From an uncultured Chitinophaga sp. (GTDB lineage: Bacteria; Bacteroidota; Bacteroidia; Chitinophagales; Chitinophagaceae), in assembly GCA_966250725.1 (NCBI GenBank), contig CBINIO010000001.1:1-38315 (forward strand): a DNA stretch of 38,315 nt, read 5' to 3'. Positions 28,101 to 36,976 of this stretch are shown in pieces. The notes under the pieces are model-generated. The model did not search any database. It saw nothing but the letters and a program-made list of their open reading frames with translations, and was not told the DNA's origin. Position 1 is the first letter of the stretch, and each line of letters begins with the position of its first letter. The translations under genes were made by a program, and so were the position numbers.

Positions 28101-28242
28101 GAAGCTGGGCAGCGTGAAACTGTTCGCGAACGGGCAAAACCTGTTCACACACGCCGCGTACGATTTTGTGGACCCCGAAGTGGGCGTGGGCGCGTACCCG
28201 GTACAGCGCGTGCTGAACACAGGCATCAATGTTAAATTCTAG
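25162..28242 (+). CDS. susC: SusC/RagA TonB-dependent transporter with divergent plug region
   Basis: Signal peptide from ATG25162 (ATG25126 is an alternative). IDPENIESISVLKD, HPDVNWY, LKLRGTY, ISWE, PGDIRYKDLNGDG, SYFRLKNV, C-terminal VKF. Confidence 0.93.
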   Translation: MAHSYFKQYISVFACFMLAFCGSVQAQTPGNVSGQLADSYGQPVAGASIVVKGTTDSTSSDAAGRFTLQAAANNILVIQYPGYYTIEYKVRDARAVNLRMEEQYIPSPERIPVLYGEASPRSMVGAVGTVYTNQLSTTPATLYAYALPGRLAGLYTQQGSGFRSPGISDNFDIDIFIGNIPKPGAMEPNDNTEIGLLLRGQVPVTIVDGVQRDVFSIDPENIESISVLKDGLSTLMLGQRSSRGVLLVTTKRARAGKPRVSFTAQTGVQQSLKLPKPLPAWQYAYLLNEALQNDGEEPLFDEADFKAFRDHSNPYTHPDVNWYDQILRDNAPLSRYNLNINGGGKVARYSVSLNYTDQQGMFKTAPGATYNTNAGLKRYLINTDVSIDVTENLNVGMQLFGRLQEGTQPGATTADILSTLIATPNSAYPVYNPNGSWGGTNNLTSNLLSKTINSGYIQDNSKDVMANVDLRYDLGDWLPGLSVKGKGNLSIQSANAINRSKQELVYRMEATPDDTIYNKYGSAIAQRNNFVSVFNAQYFFGQVSLNYDRQFGLHGLSAAVLADSRQTIFNYDLPGKAVNISGKAAYNYANKYFIEGAVNRSGYNRYVPGRQYGTFFGAGVGWDLAQENFLKGSAGWLDQLKLRGTYAHTGNGIDNSGYYIWRQAFSENNGVGGGIYSQGTVRSPASGFQENGLANVNISWETAKKLDVGLDVSLFSNRLRITGDYYRDRYENLLQIRGKSIALSGAAYPPENIGINLYQGGELTLTWQGRVNAFNYFITANGSIEQSEVIFMDEQRREYEWNKRTGQPVGMRFGYIADGFFQSEEEAAGSASIAGYDPIPGDIRYKDLNGDGDINQFDEAPIGTYKPRIYYGVNFGFSWKGIEASALLQGVANRMNYVANFATEAGFQFLNFTYGQAYEQITGRWTPETAATATYPRLTADANHNYNKASSSFWMHDGSYFRLKNVSVAYNLPYRWTSRLKLGSVKLFANGQNLFTHAAYDFVDPEVGVGAYPVQRVLNTGINVKF

Positions 28243-28264
28243 TCAGCCATCTAAATAAAGCACA

Positions 28265-29971
28265 ATGAAGCATTCCCGCATAATGATATTCCTGGCCGGC
28301 TGCCTTGCCGCTTTGGCTGCCTGTAAAAAGGATTATGAAGTGATACCGCTTGAAAATGTCACCATAGAATATGTATTCGATAAAGACGATTCGCTGGGCA
28401 CCTATGCCAACAAATTTTTGAACAGCATTTATTCAAAGCTCCCCACCGGTTACAACCGCGTGGGCGGCGACCTGCTCGACGCCGCGTCCGACGATGCCAT
28501 TTCGGGGCTCACCGGTACTTCCGGCGTGATGCAATTGGCCACGGGCGCGTTTACCTCGTACGCTTCCATCCCGGATGAAACGCCCTGGAACAATGCGTAC
28601 GCGGCCATCCGCTCCGCCAGCATTTTTGTATCGAATATCGACGTGTCGCCGGTGAAGGAAAAACTGCCCAACGGCAGCTCTATCCGGTACGCATGGAAGG
28701 CAGAGGCCCGGTTCATCCGCGCGCTGTTTTATTTTGAATTGCTGAAACGGTATGGCGGCATCCCGCTGATGGGCGACAAGGTGCGCGCGTTGGGGGATGA
28801 TGTGGAAGTGCCGCGCAGCTCTTTTGAGGATTGCGTGAACTATATCGTGAACGAATGCGATGCGATCAAGGACAGCCTGCGGCCGAACCCGATCGCCGCG
28901 CCCGAGCTGCACAGTCACCGCGCTACCCGCGGGGCCGCGCAGGCGCTGAAAGCGCGCGTGCTGCTATACGCCGCCAGCCCATTGTACAACGGCCAGAACA
29001 TCGACGCCGGCAATGCGCTCACCGGTTATGCGAGCTATGATAAGGAACGCTGGAAAGCCGCTTCGGACGCCGCGCGCGAGCTGATAGAAGAACAGCATTT
29101 TTCTTTGCTGCCCTCGTTCAAGGACGTGTTTATTACGCAGAACAACAGCGAGATACTCTTCTTCCGCCAGGAAGGCAACAATACGCAGATCGAAAGCACC
29201 AACGGCCCCGTGGGTTTCGCCAGCGTAGCGCGCGGGCGCACTAATCCCACGCAGGAGCTGGTGGATGCTTTCCCGATGAATACGGGCCTGCCCATTACAG
29301 ACCCGGCATCCGGCTACAACTCCAATGATCCCTATGCCAACCGCGACCCGCGTTTGACCATGAGCGTCCTGTACAACGGCGCACGCTGGCTGGGCGTGGA
29401 GCTGCAAACGTTCGAAGGCGGCCAGCACAGGCCCGGCGGGCAGGAGCCCGGCACCAGGACCTCCTACTACATGCGCAAGTTCATGGGCAATTTCGAGAAC
29501 GCCACGCAGTACGCCAACACCAGCCACGACTGGATCATACTGCGGTACACCGAAGTGCTGCTCAACTTCGCCGAAGCCGAGAACGAATACAACGGCGCCA
29601 CGGACGAAGTGTACCAGGTGTTGAAAGACCTGCGCCAGCGCGCGGGCATCGCTCCGGGAGCGGACGGCATGTACGGTCTTAAAGAGGGCATGACGCCCGG
29701 TCAGATGCGGGAAGTGATCCGTAACGAAAGAAGAATAGAGCTGGCCTTCGAGGAGCACCGCTTCTGGGACATCCGCCGCTGGAAGATCGCGCAGCAGGTG
29801 TACGGGCAGCCGCTGCACGGCATGAGCATCGTCAAGGACGGGCCGGCGTTCAGCTACAACAAGGTGGAAGTGTTCAAGCCCGTGTTCCTCGCGCCAAAAA
29901 TGTATTTCTATCCCATCCCTTACGACGAAGTGGTGAAGAACGACAACATGCGCCAGAACCCGGGCTGGTGA
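28265..29971 (+). CDS. susD: SusD/RagB lipoprotein
   Basis: Lipobox LAAC, AEARFIRALFYFELLKRYGGIP, ALKARVLLYAASPLYN, RDPRL, ERRIELAFEEHRFWDIRRWK, QNPGW. Confidence 0.95.
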   Translation: MKHSRIMIFLAGCLAALAACKKDYEVIPLENVTIEYVFDKDDSLGTYANKFLNSIYSKLPTGYNRVGGDLLDAASDDAISGLTGTSGVMQLATGAFTSYASIPDETPWNNAYAAIRSASIFVSNIDVSPVKEKLPNGSSIRYAWKAEARFIRALFYFELLKRYGGIPLMGDKVRALGDDVEVPRSSFEDCVNYIVNECDAIKDSLRPNPIAAPELHSHRATRGAAQALKARVLLYAASPLYNGQNIDAGNALTGYASYDKERWKAASDAARELIEEQHFSLLPSFKDVFITQNNSEILFFRQEGNNTQIESTNGPVGFASVARGRTNPTQELVDAFPMNTGLPITDPASGYNSNDPYANRDPRLTMSVLYNGARWLGVELQTFEGGQHRPGGQEPGTRTSYYMRKFMGNFENATQYANTSHDWIILRYTEVLLNFAEAENEYNGATDEVYQVLKDLRQRAGIAPGADGMYGLKEGMTPGQMREVIRNERRIELAFEEHRFWDIRRWKIAQQVYGQPLHGMSIVKDGPAFSYNKVEVFKPVFLAPKMYFYPIPYDEVVKNDNMRQNPGW

Positions 29972-30007
29972 GCCCTATTCCTTTCATGAACCATAACGCT
30001 GAAAAAG

Positions 30008-33000
30008 ATGAAAAATATTATACTGTTCCTCCTGCTGACGGCCGTCCTGCCTTTTACCGCTGCGGCCCAGCAAAAAACGATCACCGGCACCGTTAAAGAC
30101 ATGAACGGGGTGCTGCCCGGCGCTACCATCGCCGAAAAAGGCGTGCCCGCCAACGGCGTGATCGCCGACCCCGACGGGCGGTTCAAGCTCACGCTGAAAG
30201 GCGCCTCGCACACGGTGATCGTAAAGCTCATCGGCTTTTCCACCCAGGAGATCGACGTGGCCGGCGAAACCGCCATCGACGTGGTGTTGCAGCCCTCCAC
30301 GCAGGGGCTTGACGAAGTGGTGATCGTCGGGTTTAACGCCGCCAAACGCATCACCAGCACCGGCGCGGTGAGCGCCATCACCGGCGCCGAGATCAGGAAC
30401 GTGCCTACCGCCAACGTGCAGAACGCATTGATGGGCAAGCTCCCCGGTTTTGTTTCGCAGCAGCGCTCCGGCCAGCCCGGGAAGGACGCTTCGGACTTCT
30501 TTATCCGCGGCGTCAGCTCTCTTAATTCCGACGGCAATAAACCGCTCATTATCGTGGACGATATCGAGTATTCGTACGACCAGCTGCAGCAGATCAACGT
30601 GAACGAGATCGAAAGCATTTCCATCCTTAAAGACGCCTCCACCACCGCGATATACGGCATCAAAGGCGCGAACGGCGTGCTGGTAGTGGCTACCCGCCGC
30701 GGTAAAAGCGGCCGCCCGCAGGTGAACGTGCGTGTGGAATCGGGGCAGCAGTCGCCGGTGAGAACGCCGACCTTCCTCGACTCTTACAACACCGCGCTGC
30801 TGGTGAACGAAGCTTATAAAAACGACGGGCTGCCGCTGAAGTTTACGGATGAGGATCTGGAGCTGTTCCGCAACGGCAACGATCCTTACGGGCATCCCAA
30901 CATCAACTGGTACGACGCAGTGTTTAAAAAACATGCTTACCAGGCCAATACCAACGTGGACAGTTCCGGCGGCACCGAGGCGGTGAAATATTTTGTGTCG
31001 GGCGGCTTCCTTACACAGAACGGTCTGGTGAAAGACTTTTCCGACCCGAGGAACGAAGTGAACACCAACTATTTTTTCCGCCGGTATAATTTCCGCTCCA
31101 ACCTGGACATGCAGGCGACCAAAACGCTTTCCCTCCGGCTCGACCTTACCACCCGCTTTGGCGACATCAACCAGCCGCGTTCGGCGAACGTCGTATCTGA
31201 AGTGTACAACTTCGAAAAGATACATCCTTACTCGGCGCCGATGATGAACCCGAACGGCACTTACGCTTACGCGGTGGATACGAAGGACGCGCTGCCTACG
31301 CTCAACGCGCGGCTGGCGAACGGCGGCTACAGCCGCAGCAAAAGAACGGACTTTAACGTATTGTTCGGCGCGAAGCAGCAGCTCGATTTCCTGACGAAAG
31401 GGCTTTCCTTCACCGCGCGCGTCGCTTATGCGGGTATCGAACAATATTCAAGGAACCTTTTCCGCGAAGCGGAACCTCCTTCTTTTTACTACAACCCCGT
31501 GGACGGCTCGTATACGCTGGACCCTCGCGGCAATTACCGCCTGCAGAAATACCGCGTCACCGGCAACACCGATCTTTACAGCCGCAATGTGAACGTACAG
31601 GCATTCTTTAACTACGCACGCGCTTTTGGCGATCATTCGTTTAACGCGCTCGCGCTGTACAACCGGCAGAGCGCTTCCTTCAAATCCGATATTCCCGCGA
31701 ACTTCAGGGGTTTCTCGTTCAAGGTGGGGTATGACTTCAAACGGAAATACCTGCTCGATTTCAACGGCGCCTATAACGGCTCCGACCGTTTCCAGGCCAA
31801 AAAACGAAACGGCTTCTTTCCCGCCGTGGGCGTGGGTTGGGCCATTTCGGAAGAACCGTTCTTCAAAGACAACATTTCTTTCGTAAGCCTCCTGAAGCTC
31901 CGCGGCTCGTACGGCGTGGTAGGCTCGGACGTTACCTCCGGCAACCGTTACCTTTACCGCCAGGAATATATCCCTGGCGGCGGCTATTCCTTCGGCGAAA
32001 ACCATACACAGAACGAGTCCATCTACGAAGGCGAGCTGGGCAACCTCGACGTGACCTGGGAAAAAGCGAAAAAAGCGGACATCGGCATCGACGTGAACGT
32101 GTTCAAAGACAAGCTCTCCTTTACGATAGATTATTTCCACGACATCCGTTACGATCAGCTCGTGCGGAAAGGTTCCGTGCCGAACATGCTTGGCATCGGC
32201 TTTAGTCCTACCAACGTGGCGAAGACCAGCAACGCGGGTTTCGACGGGCAGGTGAATTACCGCGGCAGCGTGCGTAACGTGAATTTCAATACCAGCCTCG
32301 TGTTCCAGTATTTCAAGAACAAGGTGCTGTTTAAGGACGAGGCGCAGCCCGCTTATCCCTGGCTGGCGCAGACCGGTCTGCCCATCGATCAGCCCTTCGG
32401 TTATACGTTCATCGGGTATTACACGCCCGAAGACGTAGCGAAGATACAGGCCAACGACCACGACAAACCCGCCACGCCGCTTTCGGAATATCCCATCCAG
32501 GCGGGCGATCTCAAATACCGGGACATCAACGGCGACGGCGTGATCGACAACAACGACCAGGGCCCCATCGGCAAGCCCAATCTTGCCAGCACCGTACTGG
32601 GCCTTACGCTGGGCGCGAACTACAAAGGTTTCAGCGTGAACGTGCTGTTCCAGGGATCGTTCGGTTACAGCTTCAGCGTGGTGGGCACCGGCATCGAAAC
32701 TTTCCAGAGCCAGTTCCAGCCCATCCACCAGGAAAGATGGACGCCGGAGAACGCCGCCAACGCGCAGTTCCCGCGCCTCACCAGCAATCCTACCACCGTG
32801 AACAGCGCGCGTACTTACATGTCCGACTTCTGGCTGATAGACGCGCGGTATGTGCGCCTGAAAACCGTGGACCTCGGCTACCAGCTGCCCAGCCGCTGGC
32901 TGCCCAACCGCATCAACAACGCAAGGCTTTACCTGAGCGCCTACAATCTTTTCACCTGGACCAATTACGACAAATACCAGCAGGACCCCGAAGTATCCAG

Positions 33001-33070
33001 CAATACCGCTGGCGACGCGTATATCAACCAGCGGGTGGTGAACGTGGGTATCCAGATCGGCTTTAAATAA
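30008..33070 (+). CDS. susC: SusC/RagA TonB-dependent transporter
   Basis: 1020 aa. LDEVVIVGF, QRSGQPG, ILKDASTTAIYGIKGANGVLVVATRRG, YNGSDRF, VTWEKAKK, GDLKYRDINGDG. Confidence 0.96.
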   Translation: MKNIILFLLLTAVLPFTAAAQQKTITGTVKDMNGVLPGATIAEKGVPANGVIADPDGRFKLTLKGASHTVIVKLIGFSTQEIDVAGETAIDVVLQPSTQGLDEVVIVGFNAAKRITSTGAVSAITGAEIRNVPTANVQNALMGKLPGFVSQQRSGQPGKDASDFFIRGVSSLNSDGNKPLIIVDDIEYSYDQLQQINVNEIESISILKDASTTAIYGIKGANGVLVVATRRGKSGRPQVNVRVESGQQSPVRTPTFLDSYNTALLVNEAYKNDGLPLKFTDEDLELFRNGNDPYGHPNINWYDAVFKKHAYQANTNVDSSGGTEAVKYFVSGGFLTQNGLVKDFSDPRNEVNTNYFFRRYNFRSNLDMQATKTLSLRLDLTTRFGDINQPRSANVVSEVYNFEKIHPYSAPMMNPNGTYAYAVDTKDALPTLNARLANGGYSRSKRTDFNVLFGAKQQLDFLTKGLSFTARVAYAGIEQYSRNLFREAEPPSFYYNPVDGSYTLDPRGNYRLQKYRVTGNTDLYSRNVNVQAFFNYARAFGDHSFNALALYNRQSASFKSDIPANFRGFSFKVGYDFKRKYLLDFNGAYNGSDRFQAKKRNGFFPAVGVGWAISEEPFFKDNISFVSLLKLRGSYGVVGSDVTSGNRYLYRQEYIPGGGYSFGENHTQNESIYEGELGNLDVTWEKAKKADIGIDVNVFKDKLSFTIDYFHDIRYDQLVRKGSVPNMLGIGFSPTNVAKTSNAGFDGQVNYRGSVRNVNFNTSLVFQYFKNKVLFKDEAQPAYPWLAQTGLPIDQPFGYTFIGYYTPEDVAKIQANDHDKPATPLSEYPIQAGDLKYRDINGDGVIDNNDQGPIGKPNLASTVLGLTLGANYKGFSVNVLFQGSFGYSFSVVGTGIETFQSQFQPIHQERWTPENAANAQFPRLTSNPTTVNSARTYMSDFWLIDARYVRLKTVDLGYQLPSRWLPNRINNARLYLSAYNLFTWTNYDKYQQDPEVSSNTAGDAYINQRVVNVGIQIGFK

Positions 33071-33076
33071 AATATT

Positions 33077-34480
33077 ATGAACAAAATGATCATGCTGCTG
33101 ATAGCCGGAGGCGTACTTACCTCCTGCATGAAAAGCCCTTTGGACGGCTATAAGAGTTACGAGCGGGCGATCGTTTCCTTCCGGCTTCCAGACGGCCAGG
33201 TAGGTGACGCGCAGATCGTGAACGGCCCGGATTCAGCCACCGTTACGGTGTATGTGGAAGGCGAACCCGATCTCAGCTCGGTAAGCCCGCTGGTGACCGT
33301 TTCAAAAGGCGCGGAAGTGCTGCCCGCCAAAGGCGTGAAGGTCGACTTCGCGGCGAACGGCAACCGTTACCGGTATCGCGTTACATCGGAAGCGGGCATC
33401 GTCAAATACTGGTACGTAAGCATCGTCCATAAAAACGAACAGCCCGCCGGCCCACGCCTGCAGCTGCTTAACAGCTTCGGCCGCTGGGACCCCCGAGTGA
33501 CCGTGTACAGTGATCTCGATTATAACGAATACCTCACCCGCTACAGCAACTGGAACGGCGGCGACGGCTGCTATTCCGTGCTGCTGCCGGACGGCCGTAT
33601 CCTCTGGTCGTTCCAGGACAGCTTTTTCGGACAGGTCAGCGCCGACCGCAACCGCACGGACAACGTGATGCTTCGCAACGCCGCGCATCTGCAGCTGGAC
33701 ACTTCGCTGCAAAGCTTCGTACAGCTCAACCCCGGCAAAGGCAACCAGAGCCAAACCTGGATAAAGTACGGCGACGCGCCCGAAGACCAGGACTGGTACT
33801 GGCCCGGCGCCGGCCAGGTGCACGACGGAAAATTCCAGATGCTGCTCAGCCATGTTAAAAAGAACGGCGACGGCATGTGGGGTTTCCTGCATGTGAGCAC
33901 CGACCTCGCCATATTCGACCTGCCCTCCATGCAGCTCAATCACATCATCAAGGACAAGGATCTTTTCGGCAACTACAGCGCCGGCGCCGTAAAAGCGCCG
34001 GACGGCTATACTTACATGTACACGACCGAGAACGGTTACCTCACGACGTTTATGTACGTGGCCCGCGCGGCCGGTCATGACCTTACCGGGCAGTGGGAAT
34101 ATTACGGGGAGAACGGGTGGAGCGCCACGCCGGAGAAATACAGCGTATGCAGCGATATCACGCAGCCGAACGTGTTTTATAACGGCGGGAAATATTACCT
34201 CGTATCTCAGCAGCACCTTTTCGGGCTGGACATCTACATCCAGGAATCCGCCACGCCCGTCGGCCCCTGGACGAACAAACGCACGCTCTATCACATTCCC
34301 GATAAATACAGCGGCGATATTATCAGCTACAACGCATTCGTACATCATGCGTTAAGCAGGGAAGGGGAGCTGGTGATCTCGTACAACATCAACCCGACCG
34401 ACTTTGCGACCAACTTCAACAAACCCGGCAGCGCGGACCGTTACAGGCCGTATTTCGTGCGGGTCTTTAACTGGAAATAG
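33077..34480 (+). CDS. Lipoprotein with an N-terminal Ig-like (DUF5018-like) domain and a C-terminal DUF5005/DUF4185-like beta-propeller; putative glycoside hydrolase
   Basis: Lipobox VLTSC. N-domain VSPLVTVSKGAEVLP...VDF...YRVTSEAG. C-domain WNGGDGCYSVLLPDGRILWSFQDSFFG, WYWPG, DGYTYMY, YVARA, WEYY, PVGPW, YNAFVH, ISYNIN, YRPYF. Confidence 0.7.
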   Translation: MNKMIMLLIAGGVLTSCMKSPLDGYKSYERAIVSFRLPDGQVGDAQIVNGPDSATVTVYVEGEPDLSSVSPLVTVSKGAEVLPAKGVKVDFAANGNRYRYRVTSEAGIVKYWYVSIVHKNEQPAGPRLQLLNSFGRWDPRVTVYSDLDYNEYLTRYSNWNGGDGCYSVLLPDGRILWSFQDSFFGQVSADRNRTDNVMLRNAAHLQLDTSLQSFVQLNPGKGNQSQTWIKYGDAPEDQDWYWPGAGQVHDGKFQMLLSHVKKNGDGMWGFLHVSTDLAIFDLPSMQLNHIIKDKDLFGNYSAGAVKAPDGYTYMYTTENGYLTTFMYVARAAGHDLTGQWEYYGENGWSATPEKYSVCSDITQPNVFYNGGKYYLVSQQHLFGLDIYIQESATPVGPWTNKRTLYHIPDKYSGDIISYNAFVHHALSREGELVISYNINPTDFATNFNKPGSADRYRPYFVRVFNWK

Positions 34481-34560
34481 TTATTGCCTGAAGAGGCGAA
34501 CGTAAACCGATTTTAAAAATGGAAGTGCTTTATAATGATTGAAATGGTTTGTTAGTAATT

Positions 34561-34596
34561 GGAAAGGCCTGCGGTCGTGCAGGCCTTTTTCTATTT
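34561..34596 (+). terminator. Rho-independent terminator between convergent genes
   Basis: AAAGGCCTGC-GGTCGT-GCAGGCCTTT perfect 10-bp stem followed by TTCTATTT. Lies between the PUL end (34480) and the convergent esterase stop (34609). Confidence 0.8.
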
Positions 34597-34608
34597 GGGA
34601 GGAAGTTC

Positions 34609-35790
34609 TTATTTCGCTTTGAAATGAATATTTGCGAACCGGATAAAATGCCGCCAGTCGAATTCCGTCATGTTGTGAATGCCTTCGCGGTTGTGATAGC
34701 CGAGGATGGAAAATTCCACGGCCTCGTTCGTCGGCGGGGGCGTGGCGGGCAGGGCGGATTTGAGACCGTACAGCGCAAACACTTTTTCCGCGTTTTTCAG
34801 TGAAAGGAAAGTGCCGGTGGGATCGGCCCAAAGGTCTTTCGTGGCGTTGGTGGCATATACGGGCCGCGGCGCGATCAGCGCGATCAGCATATGCTGGTCT
34901 ACCGGCAGATCGTTTTCCCGGTCGTTGTATTTTTTGTAGTTGTCGCTGAACCAGTGGGGGAAGGAAGTGTTGATCCTTGTGATGCGTTCGCCGAACTGCC
35001 GCCGTGCGAGCGCCGCACCGGTATTGCCGGAGCAGTTGGACACGCAGATGGCGAAACGTTTGTCCTGCGCGGAGGCCCAAAGCGAAGTTTTCCCCCCGCG
35101 GGAATGCCCCACCAGCACAACTTTCCGCGCATCTACCAGCGGCTCTTTCTCAAAATAGTCCATCACGCGCGACGCGCCCCAGGCCCAGGCGCCGATCGCC
35201 TTCATGCCGTTGGCGGCTTTCAGCTGCTCCGGGTAAAGCCGCAGCATGCCGTTCGCAAAATCCTTTTTGTTATCGGGCGCAAGATCGCTGACCTGGAACG
35301 CGGCAATGGCATACCCACTGTCCGTCACCATTTCGGCGGGCCAGAACCCGCTTTTGGTTTTCCGGTCGGGGTCGGTATTTTCTTTGCCGCGGTTATTGAT
35401 CAGCAGGAACACCGGCGCCGGCCGTGAAACCCGGTTAGGTACAAAAAGCGTGAGGTGGATGGAAACGGACTGCCCCGCGCGGTACACGGTGATGTCGGTC
35501 TCTTTGAGCAACGCCTTCCCGTTCATCGCCCGCGCATCCTCGCGCGTTGTGGTAAAACGGATGCTGTCAAAGTCGCGCGGCATTCGCCCGTAAATATTGT
35601 CTTCAAACAACCGGAGCACTTCGGGCCGGCGTACTTTTTCCCAGGTGCGCACATTCTTAACCTGCCGCCCGGAGAGGGTTTGCAAGGGATCGGGAAGCGT
35701 GTAGGCCGGTACTTTCGATTCGTCGTATTGTTGCGCGTACGCGCCGCTTATGCAGCACAGGAGTGCGGCAAGGAATGAAAAGATCTTCAT
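34609..35790 (-). CDS. CE15-like (glucuronoyl esterase-type) alpha/beta-hydrolase
   Basis: 393 aa with signal peptide. YDESKVPAYTLPDPL, AIGAWAWGASRVMDY, nucleophile motif GHSRGGK, FPHWF, LPVDQHMLIALIAPRP, DLWADP and C-terminal REGIH. Confidence 0.85.
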   Translation of the reverse strand: MKIFSFLAALLCCISGAYAQQYDESKVPAYTLPDPLQTLSGRQVKNVRTWEKVRRPEVLRLFEDNIYGRMPRDFDSIRFTTTREDARAMNGKALLKETDITVYRAGQSVSIHLTLFVPNRVSRPAPVFLLINNRGKENTDPDRKTKSGFWPAEMVTDSGYAIAAFQVSDLAPDNKKDFANGMLRLYPEQLKAANGMKAIGAWAWGASRVMDYFEKEPLVDARKVVLVGHSRGGKTSLWASAQDKRFAICVSNCSGNTGAALARRQFGERITRINTSFPHWFSDNYKKYNDRENDLPVDQHMLIALIAPRPVYATNATKDLWADPTGTFLSLKNAEKVFALYGLKSALPATPPPTNEAVEFSILGYHNREGIHNMTEFDWRHFIRFANIHFKAK

Positions 35791-35833
35791 ACGGGAATTT
35801 GTTTGGTGCTAAAATACTACACGGCAGCCGGAA

Positions 35834-36976
35834 TTACCTGCAAAATTCTTCCAATGCCTTGATGACCTTCTCATGTTCGTCGCCAAGGAAATAAGCCTGC
35901 CTGAGATCGCTGCAAATAAGCGTGCGGTCGCTTTCCGGTATGCTGGTATCGGCTTTCGTAGCCAATACCTGTACGCCATGCGCACCGCCCAGTTGCCGGC
36001 TACCGGCAAACTGGTGTTTCCTGATCCTGGCGAATGCCCGGTTGGCAAGCGCCATATATAAATAAGGTTCCAGTTCCAGGGCCTTGTCAAAATCCACCAG
36101 TGCTTCGTCAAACTGAAGATTGTTCAGCCGGGACGTTCCCCGTGCAAAATAGGATTCTGCGGAAGTGCTGTCCGCTTCGATCGCTTTTGTATAATGTTTG
36201 ATGGCGGCGGAGAAGTCTCCCTGCCTGTTTTTTTCGTGGCCCTTTCTCTGAGCGTCGTTCACTTTTTTTAACCTTTTGTCAGGTATCGTTTTCCCATTCC
36301 TGGTCAGTTCAACGGCCAATATTTTGCCATTGGAATAAAAAATGGTCGATTCGCCTTCTATCATCCCGTTTTTTAACGTGCTTCTTTGTTTTACCTGCCC
36401 GTTCGGGAAATACATCTCCCAGATGCCTTCTTCTTTTCCATTCACGAACGCTCCTTTTTGTTTAAGGGCGCCGTTTTCGTAATATTCTTTTTCCAGCCCG
36501 TTTTCCAATCCTTGACTGTACAGCCTTTCCATGGAGACGTTCCCGTTCTGAAAATACATTTTGCGCGGCCCTTCCGCCTTGCCGTTTTTCAATGTGCCTT
36601 CACCCCGCTTTCTGCCGCTGTAATAATAGTCGATGAACGGGCCTGTGTACGGCCCGCCGCGAAAATGCCAAACCCCGCCGATCTGTTTCATCTGTCGTAA
36701 GGACGGGATCTTTTTTATGTCCTCAGGCCGGCTTCTGTAGGCTTTGGTGAACAGGTATGCAGCGGCGTCAAAGCCGTCATAGCCAAGTCGTTTCAGCGTA
36801 TCCTTATTTTTGATGACCGTAAGGTCTGCTACTTCGTCCTGCAAAATTTCATTGCCGTATTCGGGATCTTCTATTACCGGGATCGAATCAACGATATAGA
36901 CGATTTTTGCTTCCTGTCCATAGGAATGAAAGGCAAATGTCAGTGAAAAAATGATGGTAGCATAGATATTTTTCAT
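35834..36976 (-). CDS. Exported protein with MORN-variant (YwqK-like) repeats and TPR repeats
   Basis: Signal peptide. Repeats such as KEYYENGALKQKGAFVNGKEEGIWEMYFPNGQVK. TPRs AIKHYTKAIEADST..SYFARG and ALVDFDKALELEP. Confidence 0.85.
   Translation of the reverse strand: MKNIYATIIFSLTFAFHSYGQEAKIVYIVDSIPVIEDPEYGNEILQDEVADLTVIKNKDTLKRLGYDGFDAAAYLFTKAYRSRPEDIKKIPSLRQMKQIGGVWHFRGGPYTGPFIDYYYSGRKRGEGTLKNGKAEGPRKMYFQNGNVSMERLYSQGLENGLEKEYYENGALKQKGAFVNGKEEGIWEMYFPNGQVKQRSTLKNGMIEGESTIFYSNGKILAVELTRNGKTIPDKRLKKVNDAQRKGHEKNRQGDFSAAIKHYTKAIEADSTSAESYFARGTSRLNNLQFDEALVDFDKALELEPYLYMALANRAFARIRKHQFAGSRQLGGAHGVQVLATKADTSIPESDRTLICSDLRQAYFLGDEHEKVIKALEEFCR

Noticed and set aside
34481-34560. AT-rich 80-nt stretch before the terminator as a possible 3'-derived sRNA or small ORF
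   Set aside because: No credible ORF, promoter or structure beyond the terminator. It cannot be supported from sequence alone.
35834-36976. YwqK-family antitoxin / toxin-antitoxin system
   Set aside because: MORN-variant repeats often attract this label, but the protein has a signal peptide and TPRs and no adjacent toxin gene is present.
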